Source: an uncultured Acidobacteriota bacterium (lineage in GTDB: Bacteria; Acidobacteriota; DATKUA01). From it: 64,000 nucleotides of DNA. Shown here piece after piece: positions 1 through 9,426 of the stretch. The translations under genes were made by a program, and so were the position numbers. The stretch covers positions 79,140 through 143,139 of the forward strand of contig CAYOXX010000001.1 in assembly GCA_964408025.1 (NCBI GenBank), read 5' to 3'. The stretch's first letter is position 1. Every line of letters begins with the position of its first letter. The notes beneath the pieces were generated by a model. That model did not search any database, was not told the origin of the DNA, and saw nothing but the letters and a program-made list of their open reading frames with translations.

Positions 1-46
1 GGGCGACATTGGCAGGCATGCTCTTTTTGCCAGTCCGAGTGTCAAG

Positions 47-1144
47 ATGAGTGGCGCCAGAATAGCCAGCTGGCGCGAACCGGCCAGGCTGACCGTCGAC
101 CGCGATTCGTGGTTCTTCTTCGTCGACGAAGAGCCGGGTGCCAACTGGGAACACCAGGCTAGATATGTTCTCGTCGACAGAGCAACAGGCGCCGTCAACT
201 CCATCCCTGTGAGGACTCCCCCGATGGAAATCCTCGAGATGGAGACGCAAAGTCCTGTCGCTGTAAACCAGATGACGATCCTGAGACAAAACTACCGGCT
301 CGTCCTGGCCCGCCCGCTACAGCTTGCTGTCATAGAGATCCCCAGGGAGCCGAAGTATGCGGTGCTGGTCAGCGGCGGTTGGAACGCCACATATAACTAT
401 GGGCGCTACTGGAACGACCTGGCGTTCATCTACAAAGCGCTCAAGGAGAAATACGGCTACACCGACGCACAGATTATCGTACTCTACGCCAACGGCAGCC
501 ACAGCCCCAACAACGACCTCGACGGCGACGGCACCAACGACGTGGACTACTCCGCAACCAAAGCCAACCTCACCACCGTCATGAACCAGGTTAGGAGCAA
601 TATTGAAACGGATGGCGAGTTCTTCTTCTATGCAACCAACCACGGTGGCCAGGAAGTGGATGGTACCCACGAGGCCATCCTTTATCTCTGGGGCGAGTGG
701 ATCAGGGACGACGAGTTCGCCGCCCTGACACAGAACATCCGCTGTGCAAAAGCGTTCTACGTCATGGAGCAGTGCTTCAGCGGCGGGATGATGGACGATA
801 TTCTAACCGCCCAGACCTACCCGTGCACAAATCCCAGGGTTTGCGTAATGACCGCGGCAAACTACAACGAGTCCTCGTGGGCTTGCGACACCGAAGGCCA
901 GTACGACGAATATGTTTACCACTGGACTTCGGCGATCTACGGCCAGACTCCCGGCGGCACGTCCGTCAATGCAGACACCGACGGCGACGGCTTGGTCAGC
1001 ATGAGCGAGGCGCACCAGTACGCGTTGAACCATGACAGCCGCAACGAGCATCCCACTATCGGTTCGTGCATCGCGGACGCCTGCGGGCTGGGCTTGGCGC
1101 CCAGACTGATTTTACGTATTAGGCCGTTGCAGCGCAGGCCGTAG
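47..1144 (+). CDS. Clan CD cysteine peptidase, legumain-like (C13-type); possibly 5'-truncated by the window edge
   Basis: Legumain-order blocks are present: 'KYAVLVSGGWN', the His-Gly block 'FFFYATNHGGQ' and the Cys block 'VMEQCFSGGM'. The frame has no stop from nt 2 to the ATG at 47. No signal peptide follows that ATG, so the true start may lie upstream of the window. Confidence 0.6.
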   Translation: MSGARIASWREPARLTVDRDSWFFFVDEEPGANWEHQARYVLVDRATGAVNSIPVRTPPMEILEMETQSPVAVNQMTILRQNYRLVLARPLQLAVIEIPREPKYAVLVSGGWNATYNYGRYWNDLAFIYKALKEKYGYTDAQIIVLYANGSHSPNNDLDGDGTNDVDYSATKANLTTVMNQVRSNIETDGEFFFYATNHGGQEVDGTHEAILYLWGEWIRDDEFAALTQNIRCAKAFYVMEQCFSGGMMDDILTAQTYPCTNPRVCVMTAANYNESSWACDTEGQYDEYVYHWTSAIYGQTPGGTSVNADTDGDGLVSMSEAHQYALNHDSRNEHPTIGSCIADACGLGLAPRLILRIRPLQRRP

Positions 1145-1240
1145 GAGTAGAGCCGTCTCGAAATTTACGAGCCGACTGAGCATAAAAGGGGCCGCGTTTG
1201 ATCATATGCGGCTCCATTTTTTTCGTTTACAATAATCGCA

Positions 1241-1699
1241 ATGAAGACTCTTGTCCTCGGGCTCGGAAACGAGCTTCTCAGCGACGACGCCGTCGGCCTG
1301 CTCGTCGCCGGCGAGGTTGAGAAAGCGATCGGCCTGCCCGGAGTCGAGGTCAAGACCACGCAGTCGGCCGGCTTCAGGCTCGTCGAACTGCTGGTGGGAT
1401 ACGACAAGGCTATCGTCGTCGACGCCATCATCAGCGACCGGGCTCCCGCCGGTGAAGTCTACTGGCTCGAGCTGGCCGACCTGGTGCGGCCGCTCAGGGC
1501 CGTCGCGAACCACAACATCCACCTCGCCGACGCACTCGAGCTCGGGCGCAAACTAAATCAGCCGATGCCACAAGAGGTCAAGGTGCTGGCGATCGAGGTC
1601 GAGGACAACCTCACGCTGCGCGAGAGCGTAGGCGACGTCGCCATGGCCGCAGTCCCCAAAGCGGTCAAGATGATCCTCGACGAGCTGGGGGCTCTGTAG
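1241..1699 (+). CDS. Hydrogenase maturation endopeptidase (HyaD/HybD/HoxM family)
   Basis: N-terminal 'VLGLGNELLSDDAVG' motif, 'VVDAI' block and a 152-aa size typical of the family. Confidence 0.7.
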   Translation: MKTLVLGLGNELLSDDAVGLLVAGEVEKAIGLPGVEVKTTQSAGFRLVELLVGYDKAIVVDAIISDRAPAGEVYWLELADLVRPLRAVANHNIHLADALELGRKLNQPMPQEVKVLAIEVEDNLTLRESVGDVAMAAVPKAVKMILDELGAL

Positions 1700-1745
1700 C
1701 CGAAATCCTAACCAGGAACCGTACGCTGTGTCGCGTCGGGTATAA

Positions 1746-1773
1746 AAATGCCTCGGCGTAAGCCAAGGCATTT
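1746..1773. terminator. Hairpin between convergent genes; likely intrinsic terminator of the RND operon (minus strand)
   Basis: AAATGCCTCGG / CCAAGGCATTT stem (one mismatch) with a 6-nt loop. On the minus strand it is followed by TTTTATA. It lies 24 nt downstream of the RND stop codon. Confidence 0.5.
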
Positions 1774-1796
1774 CCTGAATCGTTTAACCTTGGCGA

Positions 1797-4700
1797 TTAC
1801 TCGCCGGCCGAATCAACATCCTCCTCTTGCGCCCCAGCGTCTGCGGCTTCGGTCGCGTAGCGCCGCCTGTCGATGACGGCGTATACGGTGGGGATTACCA
1901 GCAGCGTTAGTAGCGTGGAGCTGAGCAGGCCGGCGATCACCGTCCAGGCCATCGGCGCCCGGATTTCGGTGCCCGCGCCCAGGCCCAAGGCCAGCGGCAG
2001 CAGCGCCAGCACAGTGGTCATGGTGGTCATCAGGATCGGCCGCAGCCGCACCTTGCCCCCCTCGATGATGGCCTCGATCTTCTCGAGGCCGCGGGCGCGG
2101 AGCTGGTTTATGTAGTCGACCAGGACTATTGCGTTGTTGACGACGATGCCGGCGAGCATTATGACGCCGATGAGGACGACGATGCTGACCGGGGTGCCGG
2201 TTCCGGCGAGCAGGTAGATGACTCCGATCAGTGCCAGGGGGATGGTGAAGATGATGACGAACGGCTGGATCAGGGACTCGAACTGGGAGGCCATGACGAT
2301 GTAGACCAGGAAGATCGCCAGCGTGAGCGCCCACTGCAGGGAGTTCATCGACACGGACATCTCCTCGGTCTGCCCGGTGATCACGTAGCGGAATTCGGGT
2401 CGCCAGTTGGCGCTCAGCGCCGCCATCCTATCGCCGATCGCTTCGGTGGCGGTGCTCAGGTCGGTGCCGCTGAGGTTGGCCGTGACCAGGGCTGTGCGCT
2501 CCTGGTCGATGCGGCGGATCTCGTTCGGCCCCTCGCGGGTCTCGATCTCCGCCACCTCGCCGAGGCGCAGGGTTTGCGTCTCCGTGGGCCGCAGCTCGAG
2601 GTTTTCCAGGTCGACACGGTTCCGGATGTCGGAGCGCTGCAAGCGGACGCGGATGTCGTAGAGGCGGTCGGCGCGCCGGAGCTCGGTGGCTATGCTGCCC
2701 TCCACCATGTCGCGCACCATCTGGGCCACCTGGTATATGTCGAGGCCGTGTAACCGCAGCTTGTCGCGGTCGAAGTTGATCTGCAGTTCGGGGCTTCCAG
2801 GTTGGATCGAGTTTGTCACGTCCGTCAGGCCCGGAAGGGCCGCGATAGCCTGTACCGACTCGTCGGAGTAGCGCTTCAGGTACTCGCGATCCTGGCCCTT
2901 GATTTCGATTTCAATCGGCGTCTTGAAGCTGAACAGTACGGGGCGGTCGAAGGTCACCGCGCTCAGGCCCGGCATCCTGGCCAGGCGCGAACGGATGATC
3001 GAGATAGCTCGCTCTTCGGCCGCGCGCATGTCCTGGTGGGAGCCCAGCCTCACGGTGACGACGCTGGTGTTCTCGCCCTCGTCGCTGCGCGTGTTGGCCG
3101 TCTTCTCAGCGCCGACCACGGTGGCGACCGTCTCGTAGAGCCTCCGCTGTCCGCTGCCGTCGTCAACGGTGAGGGCGGCTTGGATTTCCTGTTCGACGGT
3201 CACGGTCAGCTCGTTGGTCCGCTCGATGTCCGTCCCCACAGGCGCCTTGATGCGCACGTTGAACTCGCCCTGATGCACCTCGGGAATCAATTCGGCGTTG
3301 AGTCCGATAACCAGGCTGCCGGCATGGATGGCCAGCACCAGGGCGATGGCGATCACTGCCCACTTGTGCCGCAGAGCCCAGGAAATCGCCTTGGGGTAGA
3401 CGGCGTTCAGGCCTTCTAACGTCTTTCCGAAGCTCCACAGGAATGGCGCGATGATCACGGCGACCAGAGCGCCGATCGAAACGAAGAAGAAACGCAGGAT
3501 CTTGAAGATCAGGAAGAGGGCGATGAGGATGACGCGGCCGACCAGTTCGAACATGACGTGGATCACGAACAGCACTACGGCGTAGAGGTGGAACGGTATT
3601 GCCGTGAATATCCTCAGCGACTTACGCAGCCAGCCTCTGCGCTTCGTCCAGTACCTGACGAAGCGCCCCGCCATCAGCCGCCAGGAGTTGAAGGGTCTCC
3701 AAATCACCTTCGCAATCAGGCTCGCGAAATTGACCAGCAGCTCGAAGGCTACACCCGGCACGGCGATGAGCGACCACAGGAGTGTCATCGGAATCAGCAG
3801 AAGCAGCTTCAGCAGCTTCGCCATGAATCCCCGTGCGGCCCGCCAGCGCGTCTCGATCTCGTCCAGCACGGCTCTTGCCGAGGGGAACTGCCAGGCCGGC
3901 AGCGGCAGCCGCTCCATCAGCTCCCCGAATTTAACCTGGCGCGATGCTAGCATGGGGATGAAGAAGAGGGCGCAGAGCAGCGATGCCAGCAGTGAGAACA
4001 CGACGGCCAGCGACATGTCGCCGAATACCTGCCCCGCGACGCCCTCGACGAAAACGATGGGGAAGAAGACCGCGATCGTGGTCAGCGTGGAGGCCATCAC
4101 GGCCCCTCCAACCTCGCCTGTGCCGCGCACCACGGCCTCGACGAGGGAGTCGCCTTCCTCCCTACATCGGAAGATCGATTCGAGCACGACGATCGAGTTG
4201 TCGACGAGCATGCCGATGCCCAGGGCCAGCCCCCCCAGCGACATGATGTTGAGCGAGACGCCGAACATCATCATCGGCGCGAAGGTGGCGATCACGGACA
4301 CGGGAATCGTGAGGCCGATCAGGATAGTCGACTTGAGGTTGCGCAGGAACAGGAAGAGCACGATGATCGCCAGGGCGCCGCCGACTACGGCGCTGTCGCG
4401 GACCTCGTCGATCGAGTCGCGTATGAAGATCGACTGGTCGGTGAGGACGCGGAACGACCAGTTGGGATCGATCCTGCGAGCCTCGTAGGCGAGGTAAGTC
4501 GGCTCGCGCCTGCGGCCTTCGCTCCCCTCGCCCCCTTCGCCCTCGGATGCGGCCGCCTCCATTGCCAATTCCTGCGGCGTACCGAATATCCGGTCGCGCA
4601 CGCGCTGGGCCACGGCAACGATGTTGGCGTCGGCCTCCTTGAAGATGTTGATCTCGACGCTCGGTTCGCCGTCGACGCGCGAGTAGATCTCCCTGTCCTT

Positions 4701-5573
4701 GTGCCCCCAGCTCACCGTGGCCAGCTCAGGCGCCAGGCGGATCTCCCTGGCGCCGCTTTCGTCCACGCGGCGGTCGACGATCAGCCCGCGTATCGTCGCC
4801 AGGTCATCGTACTCCATGTCGACGCGGACCAGGAGCTCGGTGTCGCCCTCCTGGAGGTTGCCCGCCGGCACGGTGATGTTGCCGGCGCTGACGATGTTGA
4901 TGACCGTCTGCGGATCGGTCTGGGTGGCGCGCAGTGCGTCGGCATCCAGCTCGATCAGCAGTTCCCTCTCCAGCCCGCCGCGGACGCGCACCGCGGCTAC
5001 GCCCTCCACGGTCTCCAGTTGCTCGCGCAGCTCGTGCTCGGCGTACTCGCGTAGCCGCATCGCCATCTCTTCCTGGGTCGTGTCTTCTCCCGTCTCGGCG
5101 GCGAAGAGCGCGATGCGCATGATCGGATCGAGGGTCGGGTCGTAACGGAGGATGAGCGGCCGCTCGGCCTCCTCGGGCAATATCACCTGGTCGAGGCTCT
5201 CGCGCACGTCGGCGGTGGCCTCGTTCATGTCGGTCTTCCAGGTAAACTCCAAAACGACATCGGAGATCCCGGCCTTGGATATCGAGCTGATGCTCACCAG
5301 GTTGTCGACGACGGCCAGAGCATTCTCGATCCGCTTGGAGATATTGTTCTCCACCTCCTCGGGCGCGGAGCCGGGGTACTCGGTGCGGACGGTCAGGCTC
5401 GGGTAGGATATCTCCGGCATCAGGTTCAGCGGCAGCTTGTCGTAGCTCTGCCACCCGAACACGAAGACGCCGATGACGATCATCAGGATCGCCACCGGCC
5501 TGGTGGTTGTCACCCTGAAGCCTTCTCTGATCTGCCCCTTTACTCTACCGATTTTCTTGCCGATATCGTTCAC
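1797..5573 (-). CDS. RND efflux transporter permease (AcrB/HAE1-like), 1258 aa, with an extra hydrophobic insertion between TM6 and TM7
   Basis: Shows the duplicated RND architecture (TM1, large loop, TM2-6, twice). Conserved TM4-region block 'GGLALGIGMLVDNSIVVLESI' and its second-half counterpart 'AGIVVNNAIVLVDY' are present. It is co-transcribed with an adaptor gene. Confidence 0.9.
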   Translation of the reverse strand: MNDIGKKIGRVKGQIREGFRVTTTRPVAILMIVIGVFVFGWQSYDKLPLNLMPEISYPSLTVRTEYPGSAPEEVENNISKRIENALAVVDNLVSISSISKAGISDVVLEFTWKTDMNEATADVRESLDQVILPEEAERPLILRYDPTLDPIMRIALFAAETGEDTTQEEMAMRLREYAEHELREQLETVEGVAAVRVRGGLERELLIELDADALRATQTDPQTVINIVSAGNITVPAGNLQEGDTELLVRVDMEYDDLATIRGLIVDRRVDESGAREIRLAPELATVSWGHKDREIYSRVDGEPSVEINIFKEADANIVAVAQRVRDRIFGTPQELAMEAAASEGEGGEGSEGRRREPTYLAYEARRIDPNWSFRVLTDQSIFIRDSIDEVRDSAVVGGALAIIVLFLFLRNLKSTILIGLTIPVSVIATFAPMMMFGVSLNIMSLGGLALGIGMLVDNSIVVLESIFRCREEGDSLVEAVVRGTGEVGGAVMASTLTTIAVFFPIVFVEGVAGQVFGDMSLAVVFSLLASLLCALFFIPMLASRQVKFGELMERLPLPAWQFPSARAVLDEIETRWRAARGFMAKLLKLLLLIPMTLLWSLIAVPGVAFELLVNFASLIAKVIWRPFNSWRLMAGRFVRYWTKRRGWLRKSLRIFTAIPFHLYAVVLFVIHVMFELVGRVILIALFLIFKILRFFFVSIGALVAVIIAPFLWSFGKTLEGLNAVYPKAISWALRHKWAVIAIALVLAIHAGSLVIGLNAELIPEVHQGEFNVRIKAPVGTDIERTNELTVTVEQEIQAALTVDDGSGQRRLYETVATVVGAEKTANTRSDEGENTSVVTVRLGSHQDMRAAEERAISIIRSRLARMPGLSAVTFDRPVLFSFKTPIEIEIKGQDREYLKRYSDESVQAIAALPGLTDVTNSIQPGSPELQINFDRDKLRLHGLDIYQVAQMVRDMVEGSIATELRRADRLYDIRVRLQRSDIRNRVDLENLELRPTETQTLRLGEVAEIETREGPNEIRRIDQERTALVTANLSGTDLSTATEAIGDRMAALSANWRPEFRYVITGQTEEMSVSMNSLQWALTLAIFLVYIVMASQFESLIQPFVIIFTIPLALIGVIYLLAGTGTPVSIVVLIGVIMLAGIVVNNAIVLVDYINQLRARGLEKIEAIIEGGKVRLRPILMTTMTTVLALLPLALGLGAGTEIRAPMAWTVIAGLLSSTLLTLLVIPTVYAVIDRRRYATEAADAGAQEEDVDSAGE

Positions 5574-5607
5574 GATTCCCTACCCGCTCTGTCTTCTAAA
5601 AGGAAAC

Positions 5608-6759
5608 TCAATTGGACGGCTGCTGATCCGGTTCCGCCTCTTCGGCGGTTTCCGACTCCGCTCCGGGCTCCACCTCGGCTCCATACGCGGTCGTGATCTG
5701 GACCTCGGTTCCGTCCCTGAGGCCGTCCTGCCCCACCACCACGACCGACTCGCCCTCCTCGATGCCGGATACGGCCTCGAAGAACCCGATGTCCTCGTAG
5801 CCGCCTTCGCGCAGCATCACGCGCCGCGCAGCGTCATCGCGGACTACGAAGACGAACATGCGGTTCTCGTCGTAGACGACGGCGTTCTTGGGCACCAAAA
5901 CAACATCGTGGTGGGTGTCGGTGATCAGCTGTACGCGCACGTACATGCCGGGCCGCAGGATCAGGTTCGGGTCTTGGTACTCGATGGTGATCTTTATCGT
6001 GTTGCTGGTGGAGTCGACCACCGGCGCCACGCGCTTGATTGTGCCGAGGAACTCCATGTCCGGAAGCGAGTCGGTGTGGATGAGGGCGTGGATCGAATCA
6101 GTATGGCCGTCCACCCTCCTGAAGTAGTCGCGCTCCGGGATGTGTATGTTCACCACCAAGCTGGACGGATCGAAGAGCCGGTAGAGGCGCGCGGCCGAGT
6201 TCACCCGCTGGCCCAGCCGCACGGAACGCTCTGCGACGATGGCGTTGATGGTGGATCGGATCTCGGCGTATTCGAGGTTCGTCTGCTCCTGCTGCCAGGC
6301 GATCACGGCCTGCTGGTAGGTGTACTCGGCGTTAATCAGCTCGGTGTCCGTGAGTATCCCCTGGTCCACCAGTGTCCGGGTCCGCTCGAGGTCCCTCTCC
6401 AGCTTCTCCATCTCCGCCCGCGCTCGGGCCTCGTTGAGACGCAGCTCCTCGTCCTCGAGGCTGCACAGCAGCTGGCCGGCCTGCACCTGACGCCCCTCTT
6501 CGGCGACGATGGCGGTAACTGTGCCCGTTACGCGCGAGTAGATATCGACCGTCTGCTCGGCCTCGATGACGGCCGTGGAGAGGATCGAAGTGCTGATGTC
6601 GCCACGTGCCACCTGGGCCACGCGCACCGGCACGCCAGCCTCCTCGTTCTCGGGCTGCGCCTCGGCCTCCTCCTCCTCCGGCGGCGGGCTTCCGCACGCA
6701 GCCAGGAGACCGACCCCCACAGCTACAACAAATACGAGAAACAGTTCGTTAGGCTTCAT
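5608..6759 (-). CDS. RND efflux periplasmic adaptor (membrane fusion protein), lipoprotein
   Basis: Lipobox 'LLAAC' follows an N-terminal hydrophobic segment. A coiled-coil hairpin and beta-barrel pattern is typical of the HlyD/AcrA family. The gene sits directly upstream of the RND permease. Confidence 0.85.
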   Translation of the reverse strand: MKPNELFLVFVVAVGVGLLAACGSPPPEEEEAEAQPENEEAGVPVRVAQVARGDISTSILSTAVIEAEQTVDIYSRVTGTVTAIVAEEGRQVQAGQLLCSLEDEELRLNEARARAEMEKLERDLERTRTLVDQGILTDTELINAEYTYQQAVIAWQQEQTNLEYAEIRSTINAIVAERSVRLGQRVNSAARLYRLFDPSSLVVNIHIPERDYFRRVDGHTDSIHALIHTDSLPDMEFLGTIKRVAPVVDSTSNTIKITIEYQDPNLILRPGMYVRVQLITDTHHDVVLVPKNAVVYDENRMFVFVVRDDAARRVMLREGGYEDIGFFEAVSGIEEGESVVVVGQDGLRDGTEVQITTAYGAEVEPGAESETAEEAEPDQQPSN

Positions 6760-6938
6760 ATGATCACCGCCTGCGTAAAGATGAAATCCTATCCATGCTT
6801 AGAGAAACGGTAAAGGGAGCGAAAAGTTCGCGTTCCCTCCGCGGAGCCGAATCGGCGACTGCCCACGCGCTCCTCCGAGCGGTTCGTCTTGCCTTTATTA
6901 GTCGCACGGGGGTAGAATCGGTTTCCGCGAGGTCCAAA

Positions 6939-7013
6939 GCCCCCTTAGCTCAACGGATAGAGCGTCGGCCTCCGGAGCCGAAGACAGAGGTTCGATTCCT
7001 CTAGGGGGTACCA
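6939..7013 (+). tRNA. tRNA-Arg (anticodon CCG), CCA encoded
   Basis: Folded by hand. Acceptor GCCCCCT/AGGGGGT, D stem GCTC/GAGC, anticodon stem TCGGC/GCCGA with loop CT-CCG-GA, 4-nt variable loop, T stem AGAGG/CCTCT with loop TTCGATT, discriminator A, then CCA. Confidence 0.85.
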
Positions 7014-7075
7014 CCTATTTGCCGCTCAGTTCTCCCCCACCCGATGTTATACTCCCGTCGAGGTGAATTCGGCCG

Positions 7076-9094
7076 ATGCCGGAGCGGAAGAAGTACATAC
7101 TGCGCGACGAGGTTTCCCTTCCCGGGCCCGAGGAGGAGTTCCGCTACCGCGACGACCTGAACGAGGCGCAGTTCGAAGCGGTTTCGGCTCTCGATGGGCC
7201 GGTGCTGGTGATCGCGGGTGCGGGCAGCGGCAAGACCCGCACGCTCGTCTACCGGCTCGCCTACATGGTCGAGCGGGGCATCCGCCCGGACGACGTCCTG
7301 CTGTTGACATTCACCCGCCGCGCGGCCGAGGAGATGCTGCGTCGCGCTGCCGCGCTGGTCAGCCCGGCGGTCGGGCGCATCGAGGGCGGTACCTTCCATT
7401 CGGTCGCGGCGTCGATTCTGCGCCGCCACGCCTCCTCCATCGGATACAGGTCCAATTTCACCATTCTCGACACAGCCGACAGCATGGAGCTTGTCGGCCG
7501 CTGCCGGGCGAAGCTGGGCATCGACTTCAGGAAGAGCCGCTTCCCGCGCCGGCAGACGCTGCAGAAGCTGTTCAGCAAGTCTGTGAACAAAGGTACGCCG
7601 CTGGAGATGCTGGTTTACGACGACTTCCCACACTTCAGCGAATTTATCGAGCTGATGGAACAGATCCGGACCGAGTATGACCGCCTCAAGATCGAGCGCG
7701 GGATGATGGACTTCGACGACCTGCTGGTGCGGCTGGTCGAGCTGCTGGAGAATAGCGAAGCGGTTCTCAAGCAGCTGCGGCGCCGCTACCGCTACATTAT
7801 GGTGGACGAGTACCAGGATACCAACCCGCTGCAGGCTCGAATCGTCGGGCTTCTGGCCGGCCGAGAGGGTAACGTGATGGCCGTGGGCGACGACAGCCAG
7901 AGCATCTATGCCTTCCGCGGCGCCGACTTCCGCAACATACTCGATTTCCCGAAGCAGTACCGGAACTGCCGCACCATCAAGCTCGAGGTAAACTACCGCA
8001 GCTCGCAGCAGATCCTCGATGTCGCCAACGCCTCGATCGACCGCGCTGTCGAGAAGTACACCAAGATCCTGGTGGCCGCGCGCGGCGCCGGCCCGAAGCC
8101 GGTGATAATCGCCGCCGAGGACGAGGCGTTCCAGAGCCGTTTCGTTTCGCAGAAGCTTCTGGAGCACCGCGAGGAAGGCATCGGTCTGGACGACATGGCG
8201 GTCCTCTTCCGCTCGTCCTACCTCAGCTCCGACCTCGAGCTCGAGCTGGCCCGCCGCAACATACCGTTCGTCAAGCGCGGCGGGCTCCGCTTCTTCGAGA
8301 GTGCCCACATCAAGGACCTCGTGGCCCACCTGCGCCTGCTGGTCAACCCGGCCGACGATATCGCTTGGTCGCGTTCGCTGCGGCTCGTCGGCGGTGTCGG
8401 GCCAGTGACGGTAGACAGATTGCTCGGCTTTATCCTATCGGCGCCGCAGGCGCTGAAGGCCCTCATGGAGGTCGAGAGCCCGAAGAGCGAGAGTTTCAAA
8501 CGCTTCCAGACACTGATGGCCGACCTCTGGCGCCGCCGCGAGAGCTCGTCGCCGGCGGAGCTGCTCGAGCTGGTCGGCGAGTACTACGAGCCGATCCTCA
8601 GGGACAGATTCGACGACTACCCCAAGCGCCTGCGCGACGTGCAGCACCTGATCGGCGTCTCGAACCGCTACCGCAGTCTCAACTCCTTCGTCACCGACCT
8701 GGCGATCGAACCCCAGGATCGCTTCGCAGAGGTCGGCGACGAGGTAGACCTCGACGACGAGAAGCTGACGATCAGCACCATCCACAGCGCCAAGGGCCTG
8801 GAGTGGCGCGTAGTCTTCCTGGTCTGGGCGCTCGAGGGGCGCTTCCCCTCCTCGTATGCCGTCCACAACGACGAGCAGCTCGAGGAGGAGCGGCGGCTGT
8901 TCTACGTCTGCGTCACCAGGGCGAAGGAGCACCTCTACCTGCTCTACCCCGTCAACATCTACGACAGGCTCACGCGCGTCATGTGCCAGCCCTCGGAATT
9001 CGTCAAAGAGCTGCCCGATGACTTGTGCGAGCAGTGGGATCTACAAGAGGATGCGGAAGAGCCAGAGAACGACCAGGAACAGACTGTCCACTAA
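7076..9094 (+). CDS. UvrD/Rep/PcrA-family ATP-dependent DNA helicase
   Basis: Walker A 'AGAGSGKTRTL', motif II 'MVDEYQDTN', plus 'AVGDDSQSIYAFRGA', 'NYRSSQQI', 'TIHSAKGLEW' and 'LFYVCVTRAKE'. Confidence 0.9.
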   Translation: MPERKKYILRDEVSLPGPEEEFRYRDDLNEAQFEAVSALDGPVLVIAGAGSGKTRTLVYRLAYMVERGIRPDDVLLLTFTRRAAEEMLRRAAALVSPAVGRIEGGTFHSVAASILRRHASSIGYRSNFTILDTADSMELVGRCRAKLGIDFRKSRFPRRQTLQKLFSKSVNKGTPLEMLVYDDFPHFSEFIELMEQIRTEYDRLKIERGMMDFDDLLVRLVELLENSEAVLKQLRRRYRYIMVDEYQDTNPLQARIVGLLAGREGNVMAVGDDSQSIYAFRGADFRNILDFPKQYRNCRTIKLEVNYRSSQQILDVANASIDRAVEKYTKILVAARGAGPKPVIIAAEDEAFQSRFVSQKLLEHREEGIGLDDMAVLFRSSYLSSDLELELARRNIPFVKRGGLRFFESAHIKDLVAHLRLLVNPADDIAWSRSLRLVGGVGPVTVDRLLGFILSAPQALKALMEVESPKSESFKRFQTLMADLWRRRESSSPAELLELVGEYYEPILRDRFDDYPKRLRDVQHLIGVSNRYRSLNSFVTDLAIEPQDRFAEVGDEVDLDDEKLTISTIHSAKGLEWRVVFLVWALEGRFPSSYAVHNDEQLEEERRLFYVCVTRAKEHLYLLYPVNIYDRLTRVMCQPSEFVKELPDDLCEQWDLQEDAEEPENDQEQTVH

Positions 9095-9426
9095 TTAGAT
9101 TTTAAATCTGAACTCCTAGCACGCACTCGATACCCACTGGTCCTTTCGATCACAAGGCCTTAGTGTAAACACCAGGGGGCACACTGGTCATCCAAGTTAA
9201 CACTATTGTTTTCAACAGATACGCTCTGCCTATTGGACTTTTGCCTGGTTATCCACTCCTGACACGACTAGCACCGCACTGATGGACATATACAGGCAAG
9301 GAGACGAAAGTGAATCGCGTTTTCCAGCCGATTTGGATGTATATTGTTGTATAATGTGATCTAAATCAACCTTACTTACGGTAGTAGACGACTACAATAC
9401 CAGCGTATTAAGGGGATTGGCTCGAC

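Noticed and set aside
968-1024. 'ADTDGDGLVSMSEAHQYAL' near the C-terminus of the legumain-like peptidase as a dockerin linking it to the cohesin system
   Set aside because: Only a single EF-hand-like loop/helix is present. A dockerin needs the duplicated segment. The gene is 8 kb away, separated by unrelated operons.
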